Below the pieces are notes generated by a model. The model was not told the origin of the DNA, ran no database searches, and saw only the letters and a list, made by a program, of their open reading frames with translations. Position numbers and translations under genes: made by a program. From Chrysomallon squamiferum (Eukaryota; Animalia; Mollusca), in contig CM022677.1 of assembly GCA_012295275.1 (NCBI GenBank), positions 20,584,001-20,648,000 of the forward strand: DNA of 64,000 bases, given 5' to 3'. Shown here in pieces: positions 1 to 64,000 of the stretch; the first letter of the stretch is position 1; the number at the start of each line of letters is the position of its first letter.

Positions 1-230
1 CTAACACACATTGATACACATAGATGGAAATACATTTATCTTTTACACTTTTATATAGACATAGATATATGTACTATCCTTTATATGTAGATAGATACAT
101 AAATAGGTAGACAGATTATGTGGATAGATAGATAAATAGGTAGATAGATTATATGGATAGATATATAAATATATTGGTATAGTAACATAGCTATACTGCT
201 ACAGATATATTTATTTATTTATTAATTTAG

Positions 231-2459
<2,229 letters not shown>

Positions 2460-3769
2460 ATATTTAGCTTTCTCTACATGTGACCGTGTTTCATTAGAGC
2501 GACATTTCGCTAGATGATTTATAAAGCTTTTTTCAAGTTACATTGTTATAAATCAATTTATTTGCCTTTTCTCTCGACTTTGTTAGTTTTATTATAATTA
2601 TTATTTGTTTTTAATGAACTAAAATTCATTATTCGCTAATCTGGCTGAAATAAGAATTCTTGCTATTTTGCTTTTATTATTACTAGCAAAACAATCGTTT
2701 TTGTTTTCTTTTGAGTCGTTTGATAGTTTTTGGAACTTACAGATGAGGATCTACACGTAAATTCCTATACTTGAATAATTTCCGTTCAGTGATTGCTCTT
2801 GGTTTTCTTGACATATTTCGGTAATTGTACAAAGGGTCCGAGCTGTACTGGCTTTACTGGTGTCTATTTCCTAAACGTCGTGCAGTGATGGGAAGCACTA
2901 CATAATTCTATGCACAATACAGCTGTCCTACATTGAACTGTACTGGTCATTGACTCACTTTGTTTAAATTTATCCCAGTGTCAGCTCATTCTAACGTGAA
3001 GAGATGTCCTTCAGGTAAACCAAAGTGAAAGGTGAGCAACTCTTCATGCATATAAATGATCAATAACGAGTTTATCTACAACCGAAAGGAAATTTCTAAG
3101 TTTTGTGAATGATTATCATTCCTTAAGTGGACTTCTGTACACATACTGATTTTAGTGTTTGGCATTCGCTATTATTGCGATTTTTCTTCGATGCCTTCTC
3201 TCAGTTATTTTCGTTTACACTGGCTGGGTATTCCAGTTCCATAGTTTCGAAACCTAGTTAGAGTTTCTGTTATGAAAAACATTGTTATCATTGTGCACTA
3301 TTGGAAAATAAAACTATTATATACATTTCTTGAGTGTCTGTTCTGTTCTTGAAAGATGTTAGATTGTAAGCACCAACACACATGTACACACCAACACACA
3401 CTTATTCATATACATAACATATGTACACAAAAAGCTATGTGAAGAGGAGATTATGTGAGAAACATATGAACACAAGACAGTTATGGTTGATGATAAATAT
3501 ATAAATAAATAAATAAATAAACAAGAAAAGGTATAAAAATACAAAATATAAAAATAAATAAATAAACGATCAAAGAAATGGACAAATATGTTTTGAGTAT
3601 TAGGCAAATAAATGGCATTAATTAATAAGAAAGCTGACTACTATTTAATGTATACTAATATTACCATTAACTGTATATATAATTAGCTATTTAAGTAATT
3701 ATATAAAAAATAATATTTTACAATTTTGTCTGAATGTTATTTGAAATATGTTGTGTAACCGATATTATA

Positions 3770-3777
3770 TGACGTCA
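3770..3777. promoter_or_regulatory. Perfect CRE palindrome TGACGTCA upstream of copy 1
   Basis: Same octamer at the homologous position upstream of copy 2 (28067-28074) and copy 3 (43490-43497). Function is not shown. Confidence 0.35.
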
Positions 3778-4226
3778 TTCATGGCGATGAGAAAAATTAG
3801 AATGATAAAATAAGGTACTGTAGTTTGTTATTTTATTTTTTGGTATTAATTAATATTTTTTGTAATAAAAAATATGTAACTGTTAGTTATTTTATAAAAA
3901 AAAAAAAACAACACTTTTCTCTGTTTCCTTCTTTTTTGTTTTATAGCTTTCAAATCTTAAACGTTTTAAATGTTCGGCTTTAACTTACGTCATGATGTAT
4001 TCAATCGGCGTTATAATTAGTTTTGTTCCAGCTATTTGTTTTTTCTATTCAAGATGAGACTAGCCTCTTTCTTCTAAAAAAAAAACAAAAAAAAAAACAA
4101 AACAAAACAAACAAAAAAAAAAAACACCATCAGAAATAATCAGACGTTAGGGAATAGGAGAATAGCAAAAAAAAAAAAATAATAATAAAAAAAAAAAAAA
4201 TAAATTACAGTAGTACTGAATAGTGA

Positions 4227-4283
<57 letters not shown>

Positions 4284-4514
4284 ATGGAGAATAAAGAATT
4301 CTCTCTGCTTTCAATTAACAATGGAAGCGAAACGAGATGTAGGAATTATAGGCTGTTTTTCAAGTATGGATAGAAATTAACTTTCGTGACCTTCACCTTG
4401 GCGAGATGGATTGGGCGACATCGCCGGAAACCTCGATGAAGATAAAAAATAAACTAATAATAAATAAAGAATGGAAATAAAAAATAAAATAATTAAAACA
4501 ATTATAAATATGTG

Positions 4515-4607
<93 letters not shown>

Positions 4608-5259
4608 GCAGGACAAGTAGATAGTATAATAAATAAATAAATAAATAAATAAATAAAAAAAATGGATAAAAGGTGTAAGAAAAAAAAAAAAAAAAGAAGA
4701 AGAAATGAATAAGACTGGAAATTTAATATTATTTCACAAAAGTTCTTTAATCTCACCAATGCCGTTTAATGTTGTTCTCAATGACTGTCATGCATTTTAA
4801 GTAACAACAACAACAACAACCACAACAACACTAATAATAATAATAATGATATATATTAGTGATCAAAACTCTCGATTCTGTCTGGTATTAATTAGTACGC
4901 ATGTTGTTTATTTTTCAGTTTCTCTATGAACTTCTTTAAGGTAAAATAATAATTTGTTATAAAAATAAAAGTGTATACTTCCTCATCTTGATCATGAGGA
5001 TATGATAATGATGATAATACATAATCTAAAAGATTACAAAGTAAAAATTAATTAGATCATCAAAGTGTTTCTTAACATTTTTCCCATGAATCATGATGTG
5101 GTTTCGTACATAAGCCAGGAGATCTAAGTATCTTCTGCAAATGTGTTAATTACCTCTTTTTTTTTTTTCTTTTTTTTTTTTTTTAGGATTCATTTATTTA
5201 TCTTTTATTTCTAGATGCTGTAAAACAGAAGTGATTCAATTCAATTTTAAAACAACATC

Positions 5260-26861
<21,602 letters not shown>

Positions 26862-28066
26862 ATATTTAGCTTTCTCTACATGTGACCGTGTGCCATTAGA
26901 GCGACATTTCGCTACATGATTTATAAAGCTTTTTTCAAGTTACATTGTTTAAAATCAATTTATTAGCATTTTCTTTCGACTTTGTTAGTTTTATTACAAT
27001 TATTATTTGTTTATCTGGCTGAAATAATTCTTGCTATTTTACTGTTATTATTATTGGATCTTAAAGATGAGAATCTACACGTAAATTTGCATACTTGAAT
27101 AATTTCCGTTCAGTGGGTGCACTTGGTTTTCTTCACATATTTCGTTAATTGTACAAAGTGTCTGAGCTTTACTGGCGTATGAACTTCAACAACCAAACCT
27201 TTGAAATATCGTGATAATGGTGTCTATTTACTAAACGTCGTGCAGTGATGGGAAGCAGTACATAATTCTATGCACAACACAGCTGTCCTACATTGAACTG
27301 TACTGGTCACTGACTCACTTTTCGTTTCCCTTTAAATTTGTTTAAATTTATCCCAGTATCAGCTCAGTCAAACGTGAAGAGATGTCCTTCAGGTAAACCA
27401 AAGTGAAAGGTGAGCAACTCTTCATGCATATAAATGATCAATAACGAGGTAATCTACAACCGAAAGGAAATTTCTAAGTTTTGTGAATGATTATCATTCC
27501 TTAAGCGGACTTCTGTACACGCACTGATTTTAGTGTTTGGCATTTGCTATTATTGCGATTTTTCTTTGATGCCTTCTCTCAGTTATTTTCGTTTACACAG
27601 AGTAGTCATTCCAGTTCCATAGATTCGAAACCTTGTTTGAGTTTCTGTTATGAAAAATATTTTTATCGTTGTGCACTGTTGGAAAATATAACTATTGTAT
27701 ACATTTCTTGAGTGTCTGTTCTTTTCACGAGAGATCATACACTTATTGATATAATTAATGATAAATAAATAAATAAAGAAACAAACAAACAAACAAGAAG
27801 AAATATAATAATAAAAAGTATAAAAATAAATAAATAAACTAAGTATCAAAGAAATCGACAAATATATTTTGGAGTATTATGTGAATAAATGCTATTAATT
27901 AATAAGAAAGCTAACAACTATTTAATGTAGACTAATATTACCGTTATCTGTATATATATAAATGGATATTTAAGTAATTATATAAAAAAGTAACATTTTA
28001 CAATTTTGTCATATTGTTATTTGAAATATGTTGTATTACCGATAGTTTCGAAATCTTAACATTATA

Positions 28067-28074
28067 TGACGTCA
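28067..28074. promoter_or_regulatory. CRE palindrome TGACGTCA upstream of copy 2
   Basis: Homologous to 3770-3777 and 43490-43497. Confidence 0.35.
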
Positions 28075-28526
28075 TACAGTGGCGATCAGAAAAATTCGAA
28101 TTGTAAAATGAGGTAATGTTCTTTGTTATTTTATTTGTTTGTATTAATTAATATTGGAAAAATATAACTGTTAGTTATTTTATAAAAACACTTTTCTCTG
28201 TTTCCTACCTTTAATGTATTAAAGCTTTTAAATCTGAAACGTTTTTTGTTTTAAAATGTTCGGCTTGTAACTTATATCACGATTTATTCAATCGACGTTA
28301 TAATTATGTTTGTTCCAGCTGTTTGTTTAATCTGTTCAAGATGAGACCAGCCTCTTTCATCTCAAAAAAAAAAAAAAAAAAAAAAACGTCAGAAATAGTC
28401 AGACGTTAGCAGACAATGTCTGCTCAGGTTCAGTAAAACAGTTCTTTTTCATTTGTTGGGGACATCAGAGCATAGCAAGAAAAGAAAAAATACAGTAATA
28501 CTGAATAGTGAAATAATATTTTAACT

Positions 28527-28585
<59 letters not shown>

Positions 28586-28832
28586 ATGGAGAATAAAGAA
28601 TTATCTCTGCTTTCAATTAACAATGGAAGCGAAACGAGATGTAAGAATTATAGGCTGTTTTTCAAGTATGGATAGAAATTAACTTTCGTGACCTTCACCT
28701 TGGCGAGATGAATTGGGCGACATCGCCAGAAACCCCGATGAAGCTAAAAAATAAACTAATAATAAGTAAATTATGAAACAACAAACAAACAAAAAAATTA
28801 AAACAATTATAAATATGTGTATAATAATAATA

Positions 28833-28881
<49 letters not shown>

Positions 28882-29524
28882 GTAATAATAACGTAGGACA
28901 AGTAGATAGTATAATAAATAAATAAATAAATAAATAAAACAAATGGAAAAAAGGTGTAAGATAAAAAATTAAAAGAAATGAATAAGAATTGAAATTTAAT
29001 ATTATTTCACAGAAGTTATTTAATTTCACCAATGCCGTTTAATGTTGTTCTCAATGACTGTGAAGCATTTTAAGTAACAACAACAACAACAACAACACCA
29101 ATAATAATAATAATAATATTTTAGTGATCAAAACTCTAAATTCTGTCTGGTATTAGTATGCATGTTGGTTTTTTTCAGTTTCTTTATAATCCTCTTTAAT
29201 GTGAAATAATAATTTCTTATAAAAATTAACTTCCTCATCTAGATCATGAGGATATGATAATGATGATAATATATACTATAAAAAATTACAAAGTAAAAAT
29301 TAATTAGATCATCAAAGTGTTTCTTAAAATTTCCCCCATGAGTGATGATAATGATGGCATTTGGTTTCGTATATAAAGCAGAAGATCTAAGTACCTTTCC
29401 GAAATGTGTTAAATACTTTTTTTTTTTTTTTTTATTTTTCTTTCTTTTAGGATTTATTTATTTTATCTTTTATTTCTAGATGCTATAAAACAGAAGTGAT
29501 TCAATTCAATTTTAAAACAACATC

Positions 29525-41531
<12,007 letters not shown>

Positions 41532-42976
41532 ATATTTAGTTTTCTCTACACGTGGTCATATTTCAACAGAAAATACATTTCGCTACATGATTTAGAATTC
41601 TTTTTGTTTCTAGTTAAATTGTTATAAATCCTTTTCTTGTAGTTTCGATCGATCTTACTATTTTTATTATAATTATTATTTCTTTTTAATGAACTCAAAT
41701 TCACTAGTCGTTAATGTGGCTGAAATAAGGATTGTTGCTATTTTGCTGTTATTATTAGTTTCGAAATAACCGTTGTGGATCGTTTTTGTTCTTGTTTTTT
41801 TTTTTTTTTTTTTTTTTTTTCTTGTTTTCTTTCTTTGTATTTTCTTTGTTTTCTTTTCAGTTGTTTGATAGTTTTTTGTAAAAAAAAAAAATGTAAACGT
41901 AAACGTAAATTCTTGAATAATTTCCGTACAATGGGTGTTCTTGGTTTTTGTTCACATATTTCGGTAATTGTACAAAGCTTTACTGACAGATCAACTTCAA
42001 CACTGAATCCTCTCCGATACCGCGATGATGCTGTTTTGTTTTCTGAACGTCGTGCATTGATGGGAATTAATACTTATTTATATGTACAAGAGATATGCAC
42101 TAAATTGAACTGTACTGGTCATTGACTCACTTTTGGTTTGGCTCTAAATTTGTTTACATTGATCCCACATTCAGACATGAAGAGATGTCTACCAGGTAAG
42201 CCAAGTGAAAGGTGGACAACTGCGCATGCAAATAAAAGCGTCAGTGACAAAGGAATCTACAACTGAAAGTAAATCTCTATGTTCTGTGAATGATTATCTT
42301 CCTTTAAGTTGACTTCTGTACACATCCTGATTTTAGTGTTTGCATTGTTCATTATTGCCATTTTTCATCCATGCCTTCTAGCAGATATTTTCGTTTACAT
42401 AGGGTAGCAATTCGGGTTCCGTAGTTTCGAAACCTAGTTAGAGTTTCTGTTACGAAAAATAATGTTATCATTGTGGACTGTTGGGAAATAAAATTATTAT
42501 CTACATTTCTTGAGTGTCTGTTCTTTTCACGAGAGATGTTACAGTGTAATCACCAACCCAGATATACACCAAATCACACTCATTCATACACATAACATAC
42601 ATGCGCACATACCAAAGCTACGTGAAAAGGACATTATGTGAGAAATATATAAAGAAACGAAATACATTAAAATGAAACCGGACGCGACACGACAATTATG
42701 ATTTAATAAAGTAATAACACGAAAACAATAATAAATGTTCAGTCTACACGTTAACATGTGAAAGGTTTAATATTTTCTCTTAGTGTCAGTATTACAACAA
42801 TAAGAGCTGTTTCTGTGGGTTTTTTGTTTTTATTTAATTTTGTTTAATTTATGACTATTGTGTTTTATTTTATTTTGCTTTATTTTAATTGGGTTTAATA
42901 TTTATTTTATTTGTTTTTCCTTTTTCGTCTTGTTTTGTTTTATTTCATTTTATTTTATATATATATATATATATAT

Positions 42977-43061
42977 TATTAGTTAATTATTGTCATTTAT
43001 CAGGTCTTTGTACAATGTTATTTACAGTCATAACCTGATAAATGACAATACTTAACTAATA
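42977..43061. repeat. Inverted repeat (29-bp arms, 1 mismatch) between copies 2 and 3
   Basis: tattagttaattattgtcatttatcaggt (42977-43005) pairs with acctgataaatgacaatacttaactaata (43033-43061); a partial third copy lies near 43096-43114. Confidence 0.8.
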
Positions 43062-43489
43062 AGATATAATATATATATGTATCTTATTAGTTATCTTATT
43101 AGTTAATTATTGTCTGTACTTGTTAATCATGTGGGCCTATATCACAGTAACAGGGAAGGTAAAAAGAACATTATGCACATCAAATATTTGTGTAACGGTC
43201 TTGTAGATAATAATAATAAATAAAGAAACAAGAAAAAAATATAATAGTACAAAATATAAAAATAAATCAATAAACTAACTATCAAAGAAATGAACAAATA
43301 AGTTTTGTTGTATTATGTAAATAAATTCTATTAATTAACTACTATTTAATTTAGACTAATATTAGCGTTAACAGTATATATAATTAGGTTTTTTAAAGTA
43401 ATCCAAGAAAGATTAACATTTTACAATTTTGTCATATTGTTATTGGAAATATGTTGTATTACCAATAGTTTCGAAATTTTAACATTATA

Positions 43490-43497
43490 TGACGTCA
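43490..43497. promoter_or_regulatory. CRE palindrome TGACGTCA upstream of copy 3
   Basis: Homologous to 3770-3777 and 28067-28074. Confidence 0.35.
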
Positions 43498-43745
43498 TTC
43501 AGTGGCGATCAGAAAAATTAGAATTGTAAAATGAGGTAATGTACTTTGTTATTTTATTTATCTGTATTAATTATTATTGAAAAAATATAATCATGAATTA
43601 TTTTACCAAACACTTTTCTCTGTTTCCTTACTTCTTTTTTTATTATACCTTTTAACGACGTCTGCTCAGTTCCAGTAAAACAGGTCTTTTTCACCGGTTG
43701 GGGAATCCGAGCATAGCAAAACAAATTACAGTGAAATAATAGTTT

Positions 43746-43784
<39 letters not shown>

Positions 43785-44709
43785 TTAAAAAATAAAAAAA
43801 TAAATAACAAGAACAAACAAACAAATCATTAAAAATTTAAATGGGGAATCGGAGCAAATATTTTAGTATTTGAAGCATATTTTGAATTCACGAACGAAAT
43901 AAAAGAGAAGTATATATGATTATTATTGTTGACAGTACAGTTCCTTTCATCAGCGAAAACCGATTGAAAATTATTTGTGTTTAAGTGGATCGGACCACCC
44001 GTAGATTTGCAAAGGTATGTTGGGCTTTGATGATGCGATTGGTTTTCAGAGCAGAGTATATTCAAAACAATTAGATAAAAAGTAAATACATTCTTGAATA
44101 AGTTTATAAGAAACATCAATTAACGAAAAGAGGCACGGCGAGTCTTGCGTGACAAACTTACAAAGCTTTGAAATTTGTGCAACCTAGTGGCTTCGCTTTT
44201 CTCTTTGATTCCGCGGTTTTCACCGATATAACGGACGAATCTAATATTTACGGTTGTAGGGGTTTCAATGGTGGTTTAAGGTTCTGGTTCTGGGTTTAGA
44301 GGAAGAGATAAGCGACGGTTCCCTTTGATGAACGCGAAGAGACAAACTGGCAGAGAACTTGAAACGGTTGTGTTGCTTTGATGACTTTGGATGCGGGATT
44401 TGGTCAGACACTTTTATCTCTTGTTTTTCTCTCCTGTGTCATTAACGGCGCGTTGTTTACTATATAAAAGTAATAATTGTATTTTCCCGTCCTTTATTCC
44501 ATTTTTAATTAGGATTTTGATGAAGACTTATTTAACTCAGTTTTTAAATATATTTCATATATAGCAGCTTCAACAATTGCAAATAACGTATGTGCTACAG
44601 CTGGATTAATGGCGTCAAAATTCAAATCATCGTAGCGAACCACTAGTCAAAGACAAATTAGAGAAGTTTCGCCAATTGTCTTTTTCTCAAAAACATCTTA
44701 ATTAGCATA

Positions 44710-44755
<46 letters not shown>

Positions 44756-45368
44756 CGAAGAAAAAATAGATCAATAGTATAAAAGAAATGAAAGAATGAA
44801 TAAATAAATGAAATGGAAAAAAGGTGTAAAAAAAAAAGAAAGAACAAAAATAAGAAGAAATGAAAAAAATGTAGCTTTAATATGTCTAACAAAAAATCTT
44901 TAATTTGACCAATGCTGTCTAGTGCTGTTCTCATTTTAAGTAACAAAAACAGGAATACTACTACTACTACTAATGATGATGTTAATAATAATAATAATGA
45001 TGATGATGATGATAATAATAAAAATAATAAATAATAGATTAGTGATCAAAACTCTCGATTCTGTTTTGTATTAGAATGCATGTTTTTCTCTTTGTTAATG
45101 AAGTATGATAATGATAATGATGATAATACATAAAAATATAAAGAAATTGCATTAAATCATCAGTTTCTTCAAATATTTGATGACGACGGCTTCCGATTTC
45201 GTATATAAATATAAGATTAGTGTAATACACAGAAAATCTAAGTATCTTCTGCAAATATGTTCCTTTTTTTTCTTCTTCTTCTTTTTTTTTTTGTGATTCA
45301 TTTATTTTATCTTTTATTTCTAGATGCTGAAAAACAGAAGTGATTCAATTCAGTTCTAAAACTACATC

Positions 45369-55712
<10,344 letters not shown>

Positions 55713-55830
55713 ACATCGATAGTTAAGAGTGAAATGTATATTTAGTTTTCTCCACATGTGACCATGTTTCATCAAAGAGACACATTTCACTAGATGATTT
55801 ACTAAGCGTGCTTAGTTTGTTTTCTATCGA

Positions 55831-55924
<94 letters not shown>

Positions 55925-57153
55925 CATTATTATTACTATTTGTTTTTAATTAAGTCAAATTCATTAGTCGTTTATCTGGCTGAAATAGTAATTATTGCTT
56001 CCTTTGCTGTTATTATTGCTATCTGAACAATCGTTGTGGATGGTTTCTTGTTTTGTTTCTTTCTTTTCTTTTGAAACGTTTGATTGTTTTGGTAACTTAA
56101 AGGTGAAGATCTACAGGTAAATTCTTATATTTGAATAATTTCCGTACAATGGGTGTTCTTCGTTTTCTTCACATGTTTCGGTAACTGTACAAAGTGTCAG
56201 AGCTTCAACAGCAGATCGACTTCAACATCCTGTCATATACGATAGCGTTATGTCAGTGTTGGTGTCAGAATCTAGAATCATACTGTTTATTTCCTAAACC
56301 TCGTGCAATGATGGAAAGTAGAACAGAAAAAAACAGCTGCCCTAAAATTGAACTAAAATTGGTCATTGAGTCAGTTTTGATTTCCTTTTCAAATTATTTA
56401 AATCTGTCCCAGTGTCAGCTGATTCAGACTTGACGAGATGTCTGGCTGGTAAAGCAAGTGAAAGGTGAGGCAATGCGCATCAATGGACCAGTTACAATGT
56501 AATCTACGATCGAAAATAAATCTCTAAATTGTGTAAATGATTACCATTCCTTAAGTGGACTGCTCGTACAGATACTGTTTTTATTTTTTGGATTCGCCAT
56601 TGCTGAAAGCTTATTTTCATGCCACCTGGTACTTAGTTATGTATTCCCATGGTAGACATTCGGGTTCCATAGTTTGAAAACCTAGTTAAACTTTCCGTTG
56701 TAAATCACATTGTCGTATCCTGCACTGTCTTTTGGCAAATAAAACGATTATATGTATTTCTTCAGTGTCTATTCTGTTCATGAGGGATGTTACAGTGTAA
56801 ACACCATTACATATATACACGAAAACGCACACATGCATAATGCATAGAGACAGATACACACATACTATAAAAATACAAACAAACACAGACACAGACAGAT
56901 ACTGGTAAGCAAGGACAAAGAAACAACGTACGTTTGTTTGGACACGTAAGAATCATGGAGGAGTATCTGTCTGTCAGTTTGGTGTATTTCGTTTTCACAG
57001 ATGTAATGTGTCCCTTGGCAGAGAAATATGAATATATGAAAGAAGAACTGATATCTTTAGGAGTGTTAAAATAAATATCTTTAGCAGTATGAACAGAAAT
57101 ACGTACCGGAAATTCATAACGAATAGCAGTATCATCTACCTATCTAAATTATT

Positions 57154-57307
<154 letters not shown>

Positions 57308-58836
57308 CGGGTGTCTGTGTATGTATGTATGCATATAGATATATGTATATCTGTCTACGACTGAGTTGAAAATTGGCAGTAAAAGCAAAGTACACGGAGT
57401 GACAGAACACTAAATAACAAAATAAATTGTTTACATAATCCAAATACAATAAGATATTTTTCATTTTGCGTTATAACCATCTTATCTTTTTCTGTCTCTC
57501 ACTAAATCTCTCCTCTCTATGTCATTCTCTTTGATTTTGTATTTCTCTGGTTATCTTTCTATCTTCTTATGTATCTGTGTCCTTCGATCTTTTTTCTTTC
57601 TTTCTCTCTTTCTTTCTTTCTTTCTTTCTTTGTTTCTCTCTGTCCTTCTCCTGGTCTCTACGTCTGCCTTTTTGTCCTTCACTCTGTTTGGCTGTCTGTT
57701 TATATGTGTGTCTGTCTTTCCGATATTTATCTTTTTTCATTTATTAGAAATGTATTTTCAGAGAATTCTTATCTGAAACATGTCTTCTGTCTCTATCCTT
57801 CATCATTTTTTCTCAATCATTAGTAAAGTTCGGTAACACGCAATCTATTAAATCCTACAGTGCACTAACAGTTTTGAAGTCAAATCTGGCAGTTACCCAT
57901 ATATTATAACAAGTCATTACGTAATTTCCTCTAGGTCTAGTAATACTTTAATCCTCAGGGAAACATTTAGATCAAAAGGGTAGAGAGTTGTTTGACGTAG
58001 ATAAGCCTAGAACAAAAACAGACGCAGCCACATTTAAAGAAAAGAACACTTGGCAAGACAAGAACGATCATGTTTCCACGTTTTTTTCACAGATTGACGG
58101 AGCACTAGAAAAATGTCCTATATCTTACGGCGTAACATACTTTTGACAAAATTCAGATCCTGATTGATAATATTTCTCCAACGCGTCGATATTTGAGGGT
58201 TGATTCTAGACTATAGTCTCTATGTGCACATCTGTCTTTCTCTTTCCTTATTTTTCGAAACATTTGTTTTTGTTGGAAATCGGGCTGTGGAAAATATTTA
58301 CTTACTATTCTCTCTCTTGTATACATCTGATTAGAATCAGGTCTCTTAGTGCGTAGGAATTATACGCTATGACAGTTACATTAAAATACATCATACCAAC
58401 CCAGAGAAAACAAAATCCACATAGAGTAGGTATTCATTGTTTTATATGCTGGTGTAATTCAGTCATTTAATTTTATTTATTCAGTTAGTTACACTAAAGA
58501 ATACTAATAATTGTAATTAAATATATATGTATGTATGTATGTATATAACAAGAAACAAACACATATATAAACAAACGAATATATAATTAGCAAGAAAAAA
58601 GCAAACTTAGTAACAAACAAACATATGAGTAAGTGACAAATGTGAAAATAAAAGAATAAAATATTGAAAACATGAAAACTTTACTGTTCGCTTTCGGTGT
58701 AAAATATAACTTGTTTCAGTTTCTCTTTCTTCATGAAACAAACACAAACAAAAGCATTGACAGGTGCCGTGCCTTGTTGCACAACTTCTTTCGCTACGTT
58801 TTTATACCTTGCAAGGAAAATGGTCACACGTAAAAG

Positions 58837-63522
<4,686 letters not shown>

Positions 63523-63696
63523 CTGCAAGATTTAAAAAACAAAAAACAAACAACATCACTAATAATAAAAGTTATAAAATGAACGGGTATTAAAATTGCT
63601 ACACTAACGTTCATCCATTGATATTAGCTCAGCTTAGAATTATAAATATGCATGCGTTAAGACTTGAAGAAAACCAATTATATATATATATATATA

Positions 63697-63787
63697 TAAC
63701 TTATTACTGGATTCTTTCTTATTGTTGTTATACCTGTGTGTTTCATTTACCTTTGTCATATATATTAGGATTTTACTGGGGAGAATA

Positions 63788-63846
<59 letters not shown>

Positions 63847-63952
63847 ATATATATATATATCTAACTTATTACTGGATTGTTTCTTATTGTTGTTATACCT
63901 GTGTGTTTCATTTACCTTTGTCATATATATTAGGATTTTCCTGGGGAGAATA

Positions 63953-63999
<47 letters not shown>

Positions 64000-64000
64000 A
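63697..64000. repeat. ~165-bp tandem duplication with (CTAT)n spacer at the window end
   Basis: aacttattactggatt...ctggggagaatatat occurs at ~63698-63790 and ~63863-63955. Confidence 0.8.

Noticed and set aside
43700-43710. NF-kB-like site GGGGAATCCG upstream of copy 3
   Set aside because: Imperfect consensus and not conserved at the homologous positions of copies 1 and 2.

Overview
AT-rich, microsatellite-laden eukaryotic genomic DNA with spliced GT-AG genes. The composition resembles an octopod/cephalopod genome, but that is inference. Nearly all short ORFs in the track are microsatellite artefacts. Manual splicing shows the window is a tandem cluster of one family of type-I membrane receptors: signal peptide + single-exon LRR ectodomain (476 codons) + six TSP1 (thrombospondin type-1) exons separated by 15-45 nt linker microexons + an acidic stalk built only from 18-42 nt phase-1/phase-1 microexons + a 79-nt TM exon + a short tail with a (Y/F)GVxNPAF motif and usually a class I PDZ-binding C-terminus. 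There is no TIR or kinase domain. The + strand carries the 3' end of copy 0 and complete copies 1 (5260-26861, ~1216 aa), 2 (29525-41531, ~1014 aa) and 3 (45369-55712, ~996 aa). A divergent family member lies tail-to-tail on the - strand (58837 to beyond 63522). Copy 1 has eight ~1.1-kb tandem units, each with two 33-nt microexons, giving a ~261-aa stalk versus ~67, ~53 and ~31 aa in the others. TSP1 domains are far more variable than the LRR, paralogs are mosaic, and microexons are seen being gained and lost. A Tigger/pogo transposon relic sits in an intron of copy 2.
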